Below are positions 19,842-29,619 of a stretch of 61,443 nt of DNA, in pieces. The DNA lies in assembly GCA_013151935.1 (NCBI GenBank), contig JAADHI010000012.1, forward strand, positions 1 to 61,443, in the 5' to 3' direction. Position 1 is the first letter of the stretch, and every line of letters begins with the position of its first letter. The notes under the pieces were generated by a model. It was not told the origin of the DNA. It made no database searches and was given only the letters and a program-made list of their open reading frames with translations. A program made the position numbers and the translations under genes. Origin of the DNA: Candidatus Manganitrophaceae bacterium (GTDB lineage Bacteria > Nitrospirota > Nitrospiria > SBBL01 > JAADHI01).

Positions 19842-20918
19842 TTAACGGTCTCCGACTTCGCGAAGGGCCAGCCCCACACCAACAGAAGCCAATGGGGCCA
19901 TTTCCTTTACAAAATCCAGGTCAAACCGACCTTCCGGTATTTCAATGTTTTTAAAGGGATTCGCCATTTCAACGGGAATTTCAGACTTTTCTGCAAGACA
20001 AGAAGACAAATTGGAAACCTTTGCCCCCCCCCCACTGATCAAAATACGATCAATCTCTTCATTGTTTGAAGTCGTTTTGAAATAGTCAAATGATCGAACA
20101 ACTTCGGAAACGATTTTATCATTCAAAAGACCAATGATATTCGAAAGCATTTCGGGGTCAATTCCGTCAACAGCTTCTCCACGTTTTGCCTGTTCAGCCT
20201 GCTCATAATTCACATTAAATTCCCGCTGGATGGTCTCGGTGTAACGATTTCCGCCAATCGAGATATCGCGGGTAAAAACAAAAGCACCTCCCTTGATGAC
20301 ATTGATATTCATGACACTTGCACCAATATCAACCAAGGCCACAATCTCACCATCCATGACTTCGTAATTCAGACCAAACATATTTTCCAAGGTAAAAGCA
20401 TCGACATCAACCACCATTGGCGTCAAGCCTGCGGCTGTAACCAAAGTCGTATATTCTGTCAGTTTTTCTTTTTTGACAGCGACAAGGAGCACATCCATCT
20501 GATCACTCACTTCATCCCCATCCATCGTATCAAGTATACTAAAATCGATATTCACATCATTGATATCAAAAGGGATGTATTGTTCTGCCTCCCATTTAAT
20601 GGACTCATCCAGTTCGTCCTCAGACATCGTTGGCAATTGAATTTTTTTAACGATCACCGAGTGACCTGAAACAGAAAAGGCAACATTTTTTTCTTTAATC
20701 GCATGTTCATCCAAAAGTTCTCGGATGACAGAAACAACACGCTCGCCATCCATAATGGTCCCATCCACAATCAGTTCTGACTCAAGTGGTTTGACTCCGA
20801 AAGACTCAAGTTTGTAGCCATTTCCCTGCTTTCGCAATTGGACCAGCTTTATCGCCCCCGAACCAATATCAAGTCCAAGCAGAGATTTTTGACGTGAAAA
20901 AAATGAAAACCCCATCAT
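19842..20918 (-). CDS. pilM: Type IV pilus assembly protein PilM
   Basis: GLDIGS, WEAEQYIPF, ALVDIGAS, ISGGGA, VGLALR. Confidence 0.95.
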   Translation of the reverse strand: MMGFSFFSRQKSLLGLDIGSGAIKLVQLRKQGNGYKLESFGVKPLESELIVDGTIMDGERVVSVIRELLDEHAIKEKNVAFSVSGHSVIVKKIQLPTMSEDELDESIKWEAEQYIPFDINDVNIDFSILDTMDGDEVSDQMDVLLVAVKKEKLTEYTTLVTAAGLTPMVVDVDAFTLENMFGLNYEVMDGEIVALVDIGASVMNINVIKGGAFVFTRDISIGGNRYTETIQREFNVNYEQAEQAKRGEAVDGIDPEMLSNIIGLLNDKIVSEVVRSFDYFKTTSNNEEIDRILISGGGAKVSNLSSCLAEKSEIPVEMANPFKNIEIPEGRFDLDFVKEMAPLASVGVGLALREVGDR

Positions 20919-21027
20919 GCCTATTTCCCGCTCCTTATCACTTCGTCAAACATCACATACTCCATTCTACGAGGTAAAACATCCAGACAAGTACAGTCCT
21001 AGATACCAAGAAAAAGTAACAATCCTA

Positions 21028-21055
21028 AGTATACTTAGTGTTAAAAACATGTCAA
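21028..21055 (-). promoter_or_regulatory. Sigma70-type promoter of pilMNOPQ with a 14-bp palindrome over the -10
   Basis: TTGACA-N16-TATACT; CTAAGTATACTTAG at 21025-21038. Confidence 0.6.
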
Positions 21056-21117
21056 GACAGACAAATAATTTATTGCTTTAATTGATTTTTTACAAGTCTA
21101 AAAGAGGGAAGGAGACG

Positions 21118-21594
21118 TCAGTGAGGAGATGAATCATCCCCATTTTGCGAATTTGAAGGGGAGCGCTCTCGTTTCTGACTCAAACCAAGCGTTGCTTTAA
21201 AATTGTCTCCTAAAAAAAGCTCCATCATAATTTCCACACCCGCCGCAACATTTTCGGTCTGGGTAATCTTTGCTCCCCGAACAAAGGCCGCGATTTTCTG
21301 AGCCAAAGCTTTGTCTTTCTCCACAAAGGCAGAAACCTTTTTTCCTGTATCCGTATTTAAAGAATTGGCCTGAGACTCAAGCTGCGCGTAAGCATTTATT
21401 TTCGCCGTTTGCACAGCCTGGAGACGTGCAGAAATAGACCATTCCTTTTGAATGGAACCCAGGCCCGTGGCCACAAGGGTGACATTTTCCCATCCGGCAT
21501 AACGCACATCAACTTTGTTTGTTTCACAGCCGACCAACAAGAGAAAACAAAAAATCAGGAGACAGGCGGTTTTAAGCGAAGATTTGATCTTCAT
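21118..21594 (-). CDS. Hypothetical lipoprotein (LPP20/FlgP-like)
   Basis: Lipobox LVGC; ATGLG...ARLQA...AK..AY.QL...FVRGA pattern. Confidence 0.6.
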   Translation of the reverse strand: MKIKSSLKTACLLIFCFLLLVGCETNKVDVRYAGWENVTLVATGLGSIQKEWSISARLQAVQTAKINAYAQLESQANSLNTDTGKKVSAFVEKDKALAQKIAAFVRGAKITQTENVAAGVEIMMELFLGDNFKATLGLSQKRERSPSNSQNGDDSSPH

Positions 21595-22187
21595 GAAACA
21601 GTCCAGCGGGGAGAAAGCTCATTTTTCAGACCCAAAAGATCCAGTGCTCTCGCAACAACAAAATACACAAGGTCATTGATCGACTGGGGCTTATTATAAA
21701 ACCCTGGCATTGCGGGTAACAAAGTTACACCCATTTCTGAGACAGTGAGCATGTTTTTTAAATGAACACGGTGCAGCGGCGTCTCGCGTGGAATAAGAAT
21801 CAAAGGACGTCTTTCTTTCATCGTCACGTCAGCTGCCCGACCGATCAGATTGGATGAAAAACCATGTGCAATTCCCGCCAGCGTTTTCATGGAGCAAGGA
21901 GCGACAACCATGCCCTGAGTCGGTACGGAGCCACTGGAGATTGGCGCACTCATATCATTTTCATCGCAATAAACCAAGTGATGACCTGCATAAGTCCGAT
22001 TTAAAATCTCCAAGGTTTCTGAAAAATGATGACCCCACTCACGCCCAAGCTCTCCTCGAATGATCACACGTGCAGATCGAGATAAAACCAAATAAACCCG
22101 ATGTTTCTGTTTTAGGAGATACTCCAGAAGGGTTACACCATAAATGGCCCCACTCGCACCTGATATTGCAATTACATAATTTGCCAT
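21591..22187 (-). CDS. ubiX: Flavin prenyltransferase UbiX
   Basis: ISGASGAIYG, ISSGS, PCSMKTL, RAADVTMKERR, RETP. Confidence 0.95.
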   Translation of the reverse strand: MANYVIAISGASGAIYGVTLLEYLLKQKHRVYLVLSRSARVIIRGELGREWGHHFSETLEILNRTYAGHHLVYCDENDMSAPISSGSVPTQGMVVAPCSMKTLAGIAHGFSSNLIGRAADVTMKERRPLILIPRETPLHRVHLKNMLTVSEMGVTLLPAMPGFYNKPQSINDLVYFVVARALDLLGLKNELSPRWTVS

Positions 22188-22208
22188 TTGTCTATTTCCA
22201 CAACCTTA

Positions 22209-23093
22209 TTACGAATTCTCTTCCACATCTCGATGACGACAGTGTGTGAGAAGCCCTTTGTTTTCAAAATAGTCTTTCAATTGGTTGACCAGGGAGACAG
22301 AACGATGCCGCCCCCCTGTACAACCGATGCCAATGGCAAGATAGCTTTTTCCTTCTTTTCGATAAAGCGGCAGGAGAAAATCAAAAAGATCGTAGAGCTT
22401 CAGCAAGAACTGCTTCGCCTCAGGCAATTTAAGGACAAAGTCTTGCACGGGTCGATCATTTCCTGTCAGGGGGCGCAAAGCCGCTTCAAAAAAAGGATTT
22501 TTGAGAAAGCGCACATCAAAGAGCAAATCCAAGTCATAGGGGGCACCAAACTTATATCCAAAGGAAGTCAGGGAGAGACTAAACTGCTTATCCTCCCCTT
22601 TTCCCAAATAGCAGTGCGTAACCACTTCTTTGAGCTGATGGACGTGGTAATCAGAGGTATCTATCACGCGATCCGCGCGCCGTCTCAAGTCTTCCAGGGT
22701 CTTTCGCTCGCTGTGAATTCCCGCAAGGATTGTCCCTTCCCGTGCCAGAGGGTGAGGACGGCGCGTCTCTGAAAAACGACGCTGTAAAATGTCATCCCGG
22801 GCTTCAAGAAAAAGTAACTCGACCTGATAACCCTCTTCAATCAGCCGATCATAGACTTTAAGGAAATCCCAAAGGAAGGTCCGCTCGCGAATGTCGATCC
22901 CGATTGCCGCTTGAGAGATGCCACTACGAGACTCACGACAAAGTCCCACAAACTTGGGTAACAGCTGTGGGGGCAAGTTGTCCACACAAAAAAAACCCAG
23001 ATCCTCAAAACACTTAATTACACAGCTCTTGCCAGAACCCGAAAGCCCACTGATAATAACAAGACGCACATCTTTCGCAGCACTCATCATCAT
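22209..23093 (-). CDS. rapZ: RNase adapter RapZ
   Basis: SGLSGSGKS, VDNLP, SETRRPHPL, SFGYKFG, GCTGGRHRSV. Confidence 0.95.
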   Translation of the reverse strand: MMMSAAKDVRLVIISGLSGSGKSCVIKCFEDLGFFCVDNLPPQLLPKFVGLCRESRSGISQAAIGIDIRERTFLWDFLKVYDRLIEEGYQVELLFLEARDDILQRRFSETRRPHPLAREGTILAGIHSERKTLEDLRRRADRVIDTSDYHVHQLKEVVTHCYLGKGEDKQFSLSLTSFGYKFGAPYDLDLLFDVRFLKNPFFEAALRPLTGNDRPVQDFVLKLPEAKQFLLKLYDLFDFLLPLYRKEGKSYLAIGIGCTGGRHRSVSLVNQLKDYFENKGLLTHCRHRDVEENS

Positions 23094-23112
23094 GCCTATC
23101 CGCGCTTATTTC

Positions 23113-23634
23113 TCAGGCAGCCCGTTCAATCAATCCCAAACCACCATCTTTTCTTTTGTAGAGCAGGTTCACTTGTTTGCTTTCGCCATTTTCAAAAAGA
23201 AAAAACCCTGTTCCAAGCAACTCCATTTGCAAAGCAGCCTCTTCAATACTCATGGCATCAATGGGAAATGCTTTGCGCTTTTTAATGTTGAGGTCTTCCC
23301 AACTTGGAACCGGTGTGGCTTTCTGTCCCGTTACGTCATGCTGCACGCGATGGTTCTGGAGTTTTTCTTTATGTTTTTTTAATTGCCTTTCTATTTTAGA
23401 AATCGCCTTATCAACGGAAACATACATTTCATCCGTCTCTTGCTCGGATTGTATGATAAACCCGTTCACCTTCACCAAAACTTCTGCCATATGGCGATAT
23501 TTTTCTACCTTGAGTGTAAAGATTGCTTTTGTCACATTCGTGGTATATTTTTCGATTTTTTTCGCGCGTGTCTCGACATACTCCCTTAAGGCAGGGGTCA
23601 CATCCAATTGTTTTCCGGTAATCATGACTTCCAT
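23113..23634 (-). CDS. hpf: Ribosome hibernation promoting factor, long form
   Basis: ITGKQLDVTPALREYV; C-terminal MSIEEAALQM...VNLLYKRKDG; downstream of rpoN. Confidence 0.93.
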   Translation of the reverse strand: MEVMITGKQLDVTPALREYVETRAKKIEKYTTNVTKAIFTLKVEKYRHMAEVLVKVNGFIIQSEQETDEMYVSVDKAISKIERQLKKHKEKLQNHRVQHDVTGQKATPVPSWEDLNIKKRKAFPIDAMSIEEAALQMELLGTGFFLFENGESKQVNLLYKRKDGGLGLIERAA

Positions 23635-23688
23635 TAGAACCTCCTCAACTTCATTAACAAAGGAACAAATTCACACAAATTAGAGAGA

Positions 23689-25155
23689 TCAAAAAGGGCG
23701 TTTTCGCCGACTGGCCGGGGGAATTTTAAGCCATGCACGATATTTGCTCACCGTACGACGGGCAATTTCAATATCCGCATCTTTCAGACGCGTAACAATT
23801 TCCTGATCTTTCAAAGGACGTGTACTATCTTCCGAATCAACCATCTTCCGTATCATTTCACGCACTGCGATAGACGAAAGACTTTCAGATTGGCTACCAA
23901 CACGCGGCAAACTCCCATTAAAAAAGAACTTCAATTCATAAATCCCCTGCGGGGTGTACATATATTTGTTGGTCGTCACACGACTCACCGTAGATTCATG
24001 CATCTCAATGTCATCTGCCACCTGTCTTAAAATCAAGGGTTTAAGATGGCTAACCCCTTTTTCCATAAACTCGTACTGAAACTTCAAAATACTTTCACCC
24101 ACCAATTGAATAGTCCGGTTTCTCTGCTCGATACTCCGCACCAACCAGAGCGCCGACCTAAACTTTTCTTCCAGATAAGATTTCGTTTTCGCCGTTACTT
24201 CGCCTTTTGAGCGAAGGAGGCTCCGGTAAAAAGGACTGATCTTGAGTTTGGGCATGCCATCATCATTCATCGCGACAATATAATGTCCTTCAGACTTGAC
24301 GATGTGTAAATCCGGGGTAATGTAAACATTTTCCGAGGAGAAAAAAGGACGTCCAGGTTTAGGCTCAAGATGTTCGATAATTTTCGAGGCTTCGACCACT
24401 GCTTCAACTGTCGCATCACAGGCTTTGGCAATATTTTGATAGCGCTTCTTTTCCAGGTCAACTAAGTGGTTTTTGATCATGCTTTCCACAAGCGAGCCAG
24501 AGAGATCCAACTGTGCGACCTGAATCAAGAGACATTCTTCGAGGTCCTTCGCGGCAACGCCCACCGGATCAAAACCCTGAACGACCTTTAAAATCGCCTC
24601 GACAGAGGTGACCGAAACATCGACAAGTATCGCAATTTCTTCAAGTGGCGTCTTTAAATAACCATTTTCTTCGATCTCTCCAATAATCGCCGTGCCAATT
24701 TCTTTTTCTTTTTCCGAAATCGCAGACAGACCCAGTTGCCAGAGCAGGTGATCCACCAAGGAAGTCGTTTTTGCGAGGGTCTGCTCATAAGAAGGTCGTT
24801 CATCATCGGGAGAAACATTTGAAGCACGCCAGCCTTCATCACCACTATCGTCAAGGTAGTACTCTTCCCATTTTGCGTCGATTTCGTCCTTTTTTGCAGA
24901 AGCTTCGAGATCCCCTTCTGTACGCTCGACTTCTGGCCCAGATACCTCTGACTGAAGTTCCTCACTTGAGGTAGGCTCAGTCTCTTGCTCTTCCAGGAGC
25001 GGATTTTCCACCATCTCTTGGGTCACGACTTCATCCAGTTCAAGTCGTGAGAGTTGCAGCAGTTTGATCGCCATCTGTAACTGTGGCGTCATCACCAACT
25101 TCTGCGACAGCTTCATGTCAAGTCGCAGCTTCATGCCACCATCAGAAAAGGACAT
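23689..25155 (-). CDS. rpoN: RNA polymerase sigma-54 factor
   Basis: MTPQLQMAIKLLQL, HESTVSR, RpoN box ARRTVSKYR. Confidence 0.97.
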   Translation of the reverse strand: MSFSDGGMKLRLDMKLSQKLVMTPQLQMAIKLLQLSRLELDEVVTQEMVENPLLEEQETEPTSSEELQSEVSGPEVERTEGDLEASAKKDEIDAKWEEYYLDDSGDEGWRASNVSPDDERPSYEQTLAKTTSLVDHLLWQLGLSAISEKEKEIGTAIIGEIEENGYLKTPLEEIAILVDVSVTSVEAILKVVQGFDPVGVAAKDLEECLLIQVAQLDLSGSLVESMIKNHLVDLEKKRYQNIAKACDATVEAVVEASKIIEHLEPKPGRPFFSSENVYITPDLHIVKSEGHYIVAMNDDGMPKLKISPFYRSLLRSKGEVTAKTKSYLEEKFRSALWLVRSIEQRNRTIQLVGESILKFQYEFMEKGVSHLKPLILRQVADDIEMHESTVSRVTTNKYMYTPQGIYELKFFFNGSLPRVGSQSESLSSIAVREMIRKMVDSEDSTRPLKDQEIVTRLKDADIEIARRTVSKYRAWLKIPPASRRKRPF

Positions 25156-25164
25156 TAAGACACC

Positions 25165-25935
25165 TCATGAATGACCCACCGTTTCATTTCCCCGGCCTTC
25201 CCAGCGAAATCGATCCCCCAAATACAAGGCCCTTGCCTCTGAATTATTTGCAATTTCAGAAGGCGTGCCTGCAATCAGGATCTTTCCCTCATGAATGATA
25301 TAGGTGCGATCTGTAATGGCAAGGGTTTCCTGCACGTTGTGATCGGTAATCAAAACACCGATCCCTCTCTTTTTCAAATGCCGAATCACCTTTTGTAACT
25401 CCAGCACGATGATGGGGTCAATCCCCGCAAAAGGCTCATCTAACAAAATAAATTGGGGAGAAAGGACCAAGGCCCGCGTAATCTCAAGACGTCTCCGTTC
25501 TCCACCCGAAAGCGTGTAGGCTTTATTCTTTGCCAGATGCGTAATATTAAGTTCCGACAAAAGGACCTCAAGACGTTCTTTTCGCTCCGAAGCGCTCAAA
25601 CCCAGGGTCTCAAGCACAATCACGATATTTTCTTCAACCGTTAGTTTTCTAAAAATGGAGGGTTCCTGAGGCAGATAGCTCAAACCTTGCCGAGCACGTT
25701 TGTACATCGGCATCCTGGTCACCTCTTCCCCATTGACTGAAATAATGCCTTTTGTCGGCGGGGTCAAACCGACTATCATATAAAAGGTCGTTGTCTTTCC
25801 CGCGCCGTTTGGCCCTAACAATCCAACAACCTCACCGCGATCCACCTGAAGACTGACATCACGGACGACCTTCCGGCCGTTATATTCCTTTTCTAAACCT
25901 GAGGCTTTTAACACCACATCTCCATTAAAGAACAA
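25165..25935 (-). CDS. lptB: LPS export ABC ATPase LptB
   Basis: [34 protein letters not shown]. Confidence 0.95.
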   Translation of the reverse strand: MFFNGDVVLKASGLEKEYNGRKVVRDVSLQVDRGEVVGLLGPNGAGKTTTFYMIVGLTPPTKGIISVNGEEVTRMPMYKRARQGLSYLPQEPSIFRKLTVEENIVIVLETLGLSASERKERLEVLLSELNITHLAKNKAYTLSGGERRRLEITRALVLSPQFILLDEPFAGIDPIIVLELQKVIRHLKKRGIGVLITDHNVQETLAITDRTYIIHEGKILIAGTPSEIANNSEARALYLGDRFRWEGRGNETVGHS

Positions 25936-25955
25936 GAATAATACTTCATGAAAAG

Positions 25956-26531
25956 CTACTTCTCTTTCCGACTTAATCCCGCTTTTCCGTTGTAAATGAC
26001 CGCTTGGCTCTCTGAAACCAATGTACGCTCTTCATCAAGATAAAAGGTAATAACTTCCCCTTTGACGTGAAAATCATTGTCCCAGACTTCCGGGTTCCCT
26101 GTTAAAACAAAAAGGGCTTTACCGCTTTCGTAAACTCCTTTGTCGGCCTTCGCTTTCTGGGCACCACGAACAATCAAGACATTGCCCAATGTCGTAATTT
26201 TCTCAACTTCTCGACCGTCATTCGTCTCCTCCAAAACAGAGTCCGACTCGCCTTTCGATTCAGACAACAAGACCTCTGCACGGTCCGCATTGATCGTCAT
26301 GTCTTCTCGTGTAATCAACACCTTCCCCTCAAAAATGATTTTGTTTTCCAGGTTTTTCAGCGTCATTTTCTCTGAGCGAATGGAAATCGGCACATTTGGT
26401 TTTTCCGGAAGAGCGGTTTCTGCAAACGATGTATTTATTCCAGCCACAGAAAACCAGAACATTACAAACAGAATGACAAAAAAGAACGAATCCCTTTTAG
26501 TGAACCAAAGCCCTAACATCGCCAATAACAA
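25956..26531 (-). CDS. lptA: LPS transport periplasmic protein LptA (OstA family)
   Basis: Signal peptide; PISIRSE, FEGKV, LTGNP; between lptC and lptB. Confidence 0.85.
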   Translation of the reverse strand: MLLAMLGLWFTKRDSFFFVILFVMFWFSVAGINTSFAETALPEKPNVPISIRSEKMTLKNLENKIIFEGKVLITREDMTINADRAEVLLSESKGESDSVLEETNDGREVEKITTLGNVLIVRGAQKAKADKGVYESGKALFVLTGNPEVWDNDFHVKGEVITFYLDEERTLVSESQAVIYNGKAGLSRKEK

Positions 26532-27063
26532 TCATCTCCTGCTTATCAACAGAAACACGAAGCGAGTTTCCGTTTATTTCAATCTGAGACCCCGTAATCA
26601 TAGCCTCTCCCTGGGAAACAATTTCCCGCTGAGACGCACGCCACTCTATACCACGTGTATGGAGCGTGTAACCGTTTTTCAGATCAACTGACATTAGCCC
26701 TGTATTTTTCCAAAGGGAAAATTCTTTTTTCTCTGTGTCAACAGCGCCTTCATCTCCCTTCAAAAACAAGGTCTGCTGATCGCCATAAGGAATGCTCACA
26801 GAAACATCTTTCAAGAGGCCCTGTCGCCCTTTTTCTGTCAGGGCTGCCCCTTTTGCATCAAGCGACCAAGAAACAAGTCCAGCCTCCGTTTGCACAAAGG
26901 ATAAATTTTGGATATTGACCTCGGCGTTCTGCACATCATCAAAACCTACACCCTCAAACGCTTTTTTTTTCAGACCGGAAAAAAGTGAATAGATAAGAAA
27001 AAATGAAAAACCCAGGACAAAAAAAGATAGTACAAATTTTGCATATTTCGGAGTAAAGAACAT
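26497..27063 (-). CDS. lptC: LPS export protein LptC
   Basis: Single N-terminal TM followed by a beta-jellyroll-like sequence (WSLDA..A); operon position; start uncertain. Confidence 0.8.
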   Translation of the reverse strand: MFFTPKYAKFVLSFFVLGFSFFLIYSLFSGLKKKAFEGVGFDDVQNAEVNIQNLSFVQTEAGLVSWSLDAKGAALTEKGRQGLLKDVSVSIPYGDQQTLFLKGDEGAVDTEKKEFSLWKNTGLMSVDLKNGYTLHTRGIEWRASQREIVSQGEAMITGSQIEINGNSLRVSVDKQEMIVIGDVRALVH

Positions 27064-27167
27064 ACGTAAAAATATCATAATGGACAGAATGAGTAAAGCA
27101 TCGAAAGTCATGAGGGATCGGTGATTTTTTGAATCATCGTCTTCATATGAATGACAAGCGATTTTCC

Positions 27168-27196
27168 TTGACAGAAATTGTAAAACCATCTAGAAA
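27168..27196 (+). promoter_or_regulatory. Sigma70-type promoter
   Basis: TTGACA-N17-TAGAAA, followed by GGAGG RBS and ATG 27231. Confidence 0.6.
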
Positions 27197-27230
27197 TATC
27201 TCCATTGTTTCACGACTCTCGGAGGAGATA

Positions 27231-27926
27231 ATGACAAGAAAAATTTTTGCATCCCTAATATTAGTTTCAGTTATTTTGATTACAAACACATCTGTTTTTT
27301 CAGCGGACCTCAAAAAACATGAGCGGCTCTTCACAGAAGAGTACAGTCGTGTCTTTGACGCAACAGTTGCCGTCCTCACTGAAAATGGCTTCGGCACCCA
27401 CCCCCACAAAAAAATGAAGGTCAAAAAGGAAAAGGGACGAATTAAAACACCAGAATGGCGTTATTTTAAAATCTGGTCTGCAAAACCTGTTGTTGAAAAA
27501 CAATATAAAGATTCCTACAAAGTTAAAGTCAAGGAAATTGAGATCGAAGTCGCTCAGCCTGCAGCCGAAAAGAAGGCCGATGAGGCGCCAGCAACAGACG
27601 CAGCTCCAGCAGCGACACCGGAGACAGCTCCGACAGAAGCTGTACCGGCAGACGGCACCGTCGTAACAGAAGCTGCACCGGCGCCCATCCCGACCATCAA
27701 AAAAGTCAAAGTTGCCATTAAACGTAAGTTTCTTGTTCACAACGATGCGACAAGAAAATGGGACAAGGGAGATCCCGCTAAAGAAAATGCGGGTTTTTCA
27801 ATAGAAGTTCTCTTCGCAGCCATACAAGAAAAACTGGACAAAGAACCCAATCCAGCGGTGGATATAACAAAGCAGCTAAATCTCAACATCACGCCTCCTC
27901 CGATCGATCGGGTCGTCAGACCATAA
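27231..27926 (+). CDS. Hypothetical secreted protein (BamC-like helix-grip pattern) with Pro/Ala/Thr-rich insertion
   Basis: Strong RBS; signal peptide; YSRVFDATVAVL..NGF...KEKGRIKT; own promoter and terminator. Confidence 0.7.
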   Translation: MTRKIFASLILVSVILITNTSVFSADLKKHERLFTEEYSRVFDATVAVLTENGFGTHPHKKMKVKKEKGRIKTPEWRYFKIWSAKPVVEKQYKDSYKVKVKEIEIEVAQPAAEKKADEAPATDAAPAATPETAPTEAVPADGTVVTEAAPAPIPTIKKVKVAIKRKFLVHNDATRKWDKGDPAKENAGFSIEVLFAAIQEKLDKEPNPAVDITKQLNLNITPPPIDRVVRP

Positions 27927-27928
27927 AG

Positions 27929-27964
27929 AAAAAAAGAGCCCCCGTTTCGGGGGCTCTTTTTTTT
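27929..27964 (+). terminator. Intrinsic terminator (potentially bidirectional)
   Basis: A7-GAGCCCCCG TTT CGGGGGCTC-T8 directly after the stop. Confidence 0.88.
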
Positions 27965-28089
27965 CCAGAATCCTCCCCCCTTCACCCTCGCTCGACAATG
28001 CCACTCACAGATAAAAATAAAATCAAGAGGGGCATTTCAATCAAATGAATGAGCAACAAATCAGGCAAGATCGTATGAGGTTTTTTTAA

Positions 28090-29586
28090 ATGGCTCGCGT
28101 GCGCAGACCTCCACGTGAAGTTTGGAAAAACCAACTGGGTTTTATCCTGGCCGCCGTGGGCTCAGCAGTCGGTCTAGGAAACATCTGGCGTTTTTCATAC
28201 ATGACTTATGAAAATGGGGGCGGTGCCTTTTTAATCCCTTATTTCATCGCCCTCTTCACCGTTGGCATTCCCTTGATGATTTTGGAATTTTCTCTGGGAC
28301 ATAAGTTTAGCGCCAGTGCACCCCTGGCATTTTCAAAACTCAATCGACGATTTGAATGGGTCGGTTGGTGGACGGTCACCTTTGTCATGTTTGGCATCGT
28401 GCTCTACTACTCCGTTATCATTTCCTGGTGTTTGAACTACCTCCTATTCTCATTCACTTTGGCTTGGGGCGACGACCCAGGGAACTATTTTTTTAAGGAA
28501 TTTCTCAGCATATCAGAAGGACCAGGAGAAATCGGGACCGTTCAAACCCCTATTTTTTTGGGATTGATCGTTATTTGGTTTCTCAACTGGGTCATCGTAC
28601 ATCGCGGCATACAGGGCGGCATTGAACTTGCGAATAAAATATTTATGCCCATCCTTTTCTTTTTAACCTCTATTCTGGTTTTTTGGAGCATTACATTAGA
28701 AGGCGCAGAAATAGGACTCAAAGCCTACCTCAATCCTGATTTTAGCGTCCTCACAAAACCCAAGGTCTGGATCGACGCCTTTACTCAGATTTTTTTCAGT
28801 TTGAGCCTGGGCTTCGGCATCATGATTGCTTATGCGAGCTACCTGCCCGAACGGGCAAACCTCAGTCGCAATGCATTTATCACCGCCTTGGTCAACTGTG
28901 GTTTCTCAGTCTTCTCTGGAATCGCCGTTTTTTCTATTCTGGGTTATATGTCCGTTGAGATGCAAAAACCCATTAACGAAGTGGTCACACAAAGTATCGG
29001 TCTTGCTTTTGTCGCCTACCCCACAGCCTTAAGCCTTCTGCCAGGGGGTGCATTTTTTGGCGTGCTCTTTTTCACATCTCTCGTCGTTGCGGGCCTTTCT
29101 TCTTCCGTTTCGATTATTGAAGCCTTTTCTTCGGCCGCCGTTGACAAATTCCCCTGGGATAGAAAACGCATCGTCACTTGTATTTCAGTGCTCGGCCTGG
29201 GTGGCAGTGTTATTTTCACAACCAACGGCGGTCTATTTTGGCTGGATATCGTCGATCACTTCATTACCCATTTTGGACTCATCACCGTGGGAATACTGGA
29301 AGCCGTTCTGGTTTCTTGGTTCTTTCCGCTTGAAAGCTTACGTCATCATATCAATACCGTTTCCGATTTAAAGATTGGCCCTTGGTGGTCTTTACTCATA
29401 CGGTATTTTGTCCCCCTCATCTTAATCATCATCACAGGCACAAACCTATTCAATGAATTTCAAAAACCTTACGAAGGCTATCCGATCTCCTCACTCATTT
29501 TTATTGGCATCAATTGGCTGGTCATCACCATCATAATCGCCCTCTTTTTTAGCCGAAGCCCATGGAAAACCCTATCCGAAACATGA
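28090..29586 (+). CDS. NSS family sodium-dependent (amino acid) symporter
   Basis: GSAVGLGNIWRF, NGGGAFLIPY, QIFFSLSLGFG, GLAFVAYP. Confidence 0.95.
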   Translation: MARVRRPPREVWKNQLGFILAAVGSAVGLGNIWRFSYMTYENGGGAFLIPYFIALFTVGIPLMILEFSLGHKFSASAPLAFSKLNRRFEWVGWWTVTFVMFGIVLYYSVIISWCLNYLLFSFTLAWGDDPGNYFFKEFLSISEGPGEIGTVQTPIFLGLIVIWFLNWVIVHRGIQGGIELANKIFMPILFFLTSILVFWSITLEGAEIGLKAYLNPDFSVLTKPKVWIDAFTQIFFSLSLGFGIMIAYASYLPERANLSRNAFITALVNCGFSVFSGIAVFSILGYMSVEMQKPINEVVTQSIGLAFVAYPTALSLLPGGAFFGVLFFTSLVVAGLSSSVSIIEAFSSAAVDKFPWDRKRIVTCISVLGLGGSVIFTTNGGLFWLDIVDHFITHFGLITVGILEAVLVSWFFPLESLRHHINTVSDLKIGPWWSLLIRYFVPLILIIITGTNLFNEFQKPYEGYPISSLIFIGINWLVITIIIALFFSRSPWKTLSET

Positions 29587-29619
29587 GACTCGCTCATCAA
29601 AACACCATGAAAACGTCTA

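Noticed and set aside
22188-23683. Long antisense ORFs (194, 154 and 168 aa) and similar shadow ORFs across the window
   Set aside because: They lie opposite well-supported conserved genes and have no recognisable motifs.
28045-28089. 14-codon in-frame uORF (MNEQQIRQDRMRFF) ending immediately before the NSS transporter ATG
   Set aside because: No attenuator hairpins; the GAGG inside it is simply the transporter's RBS.
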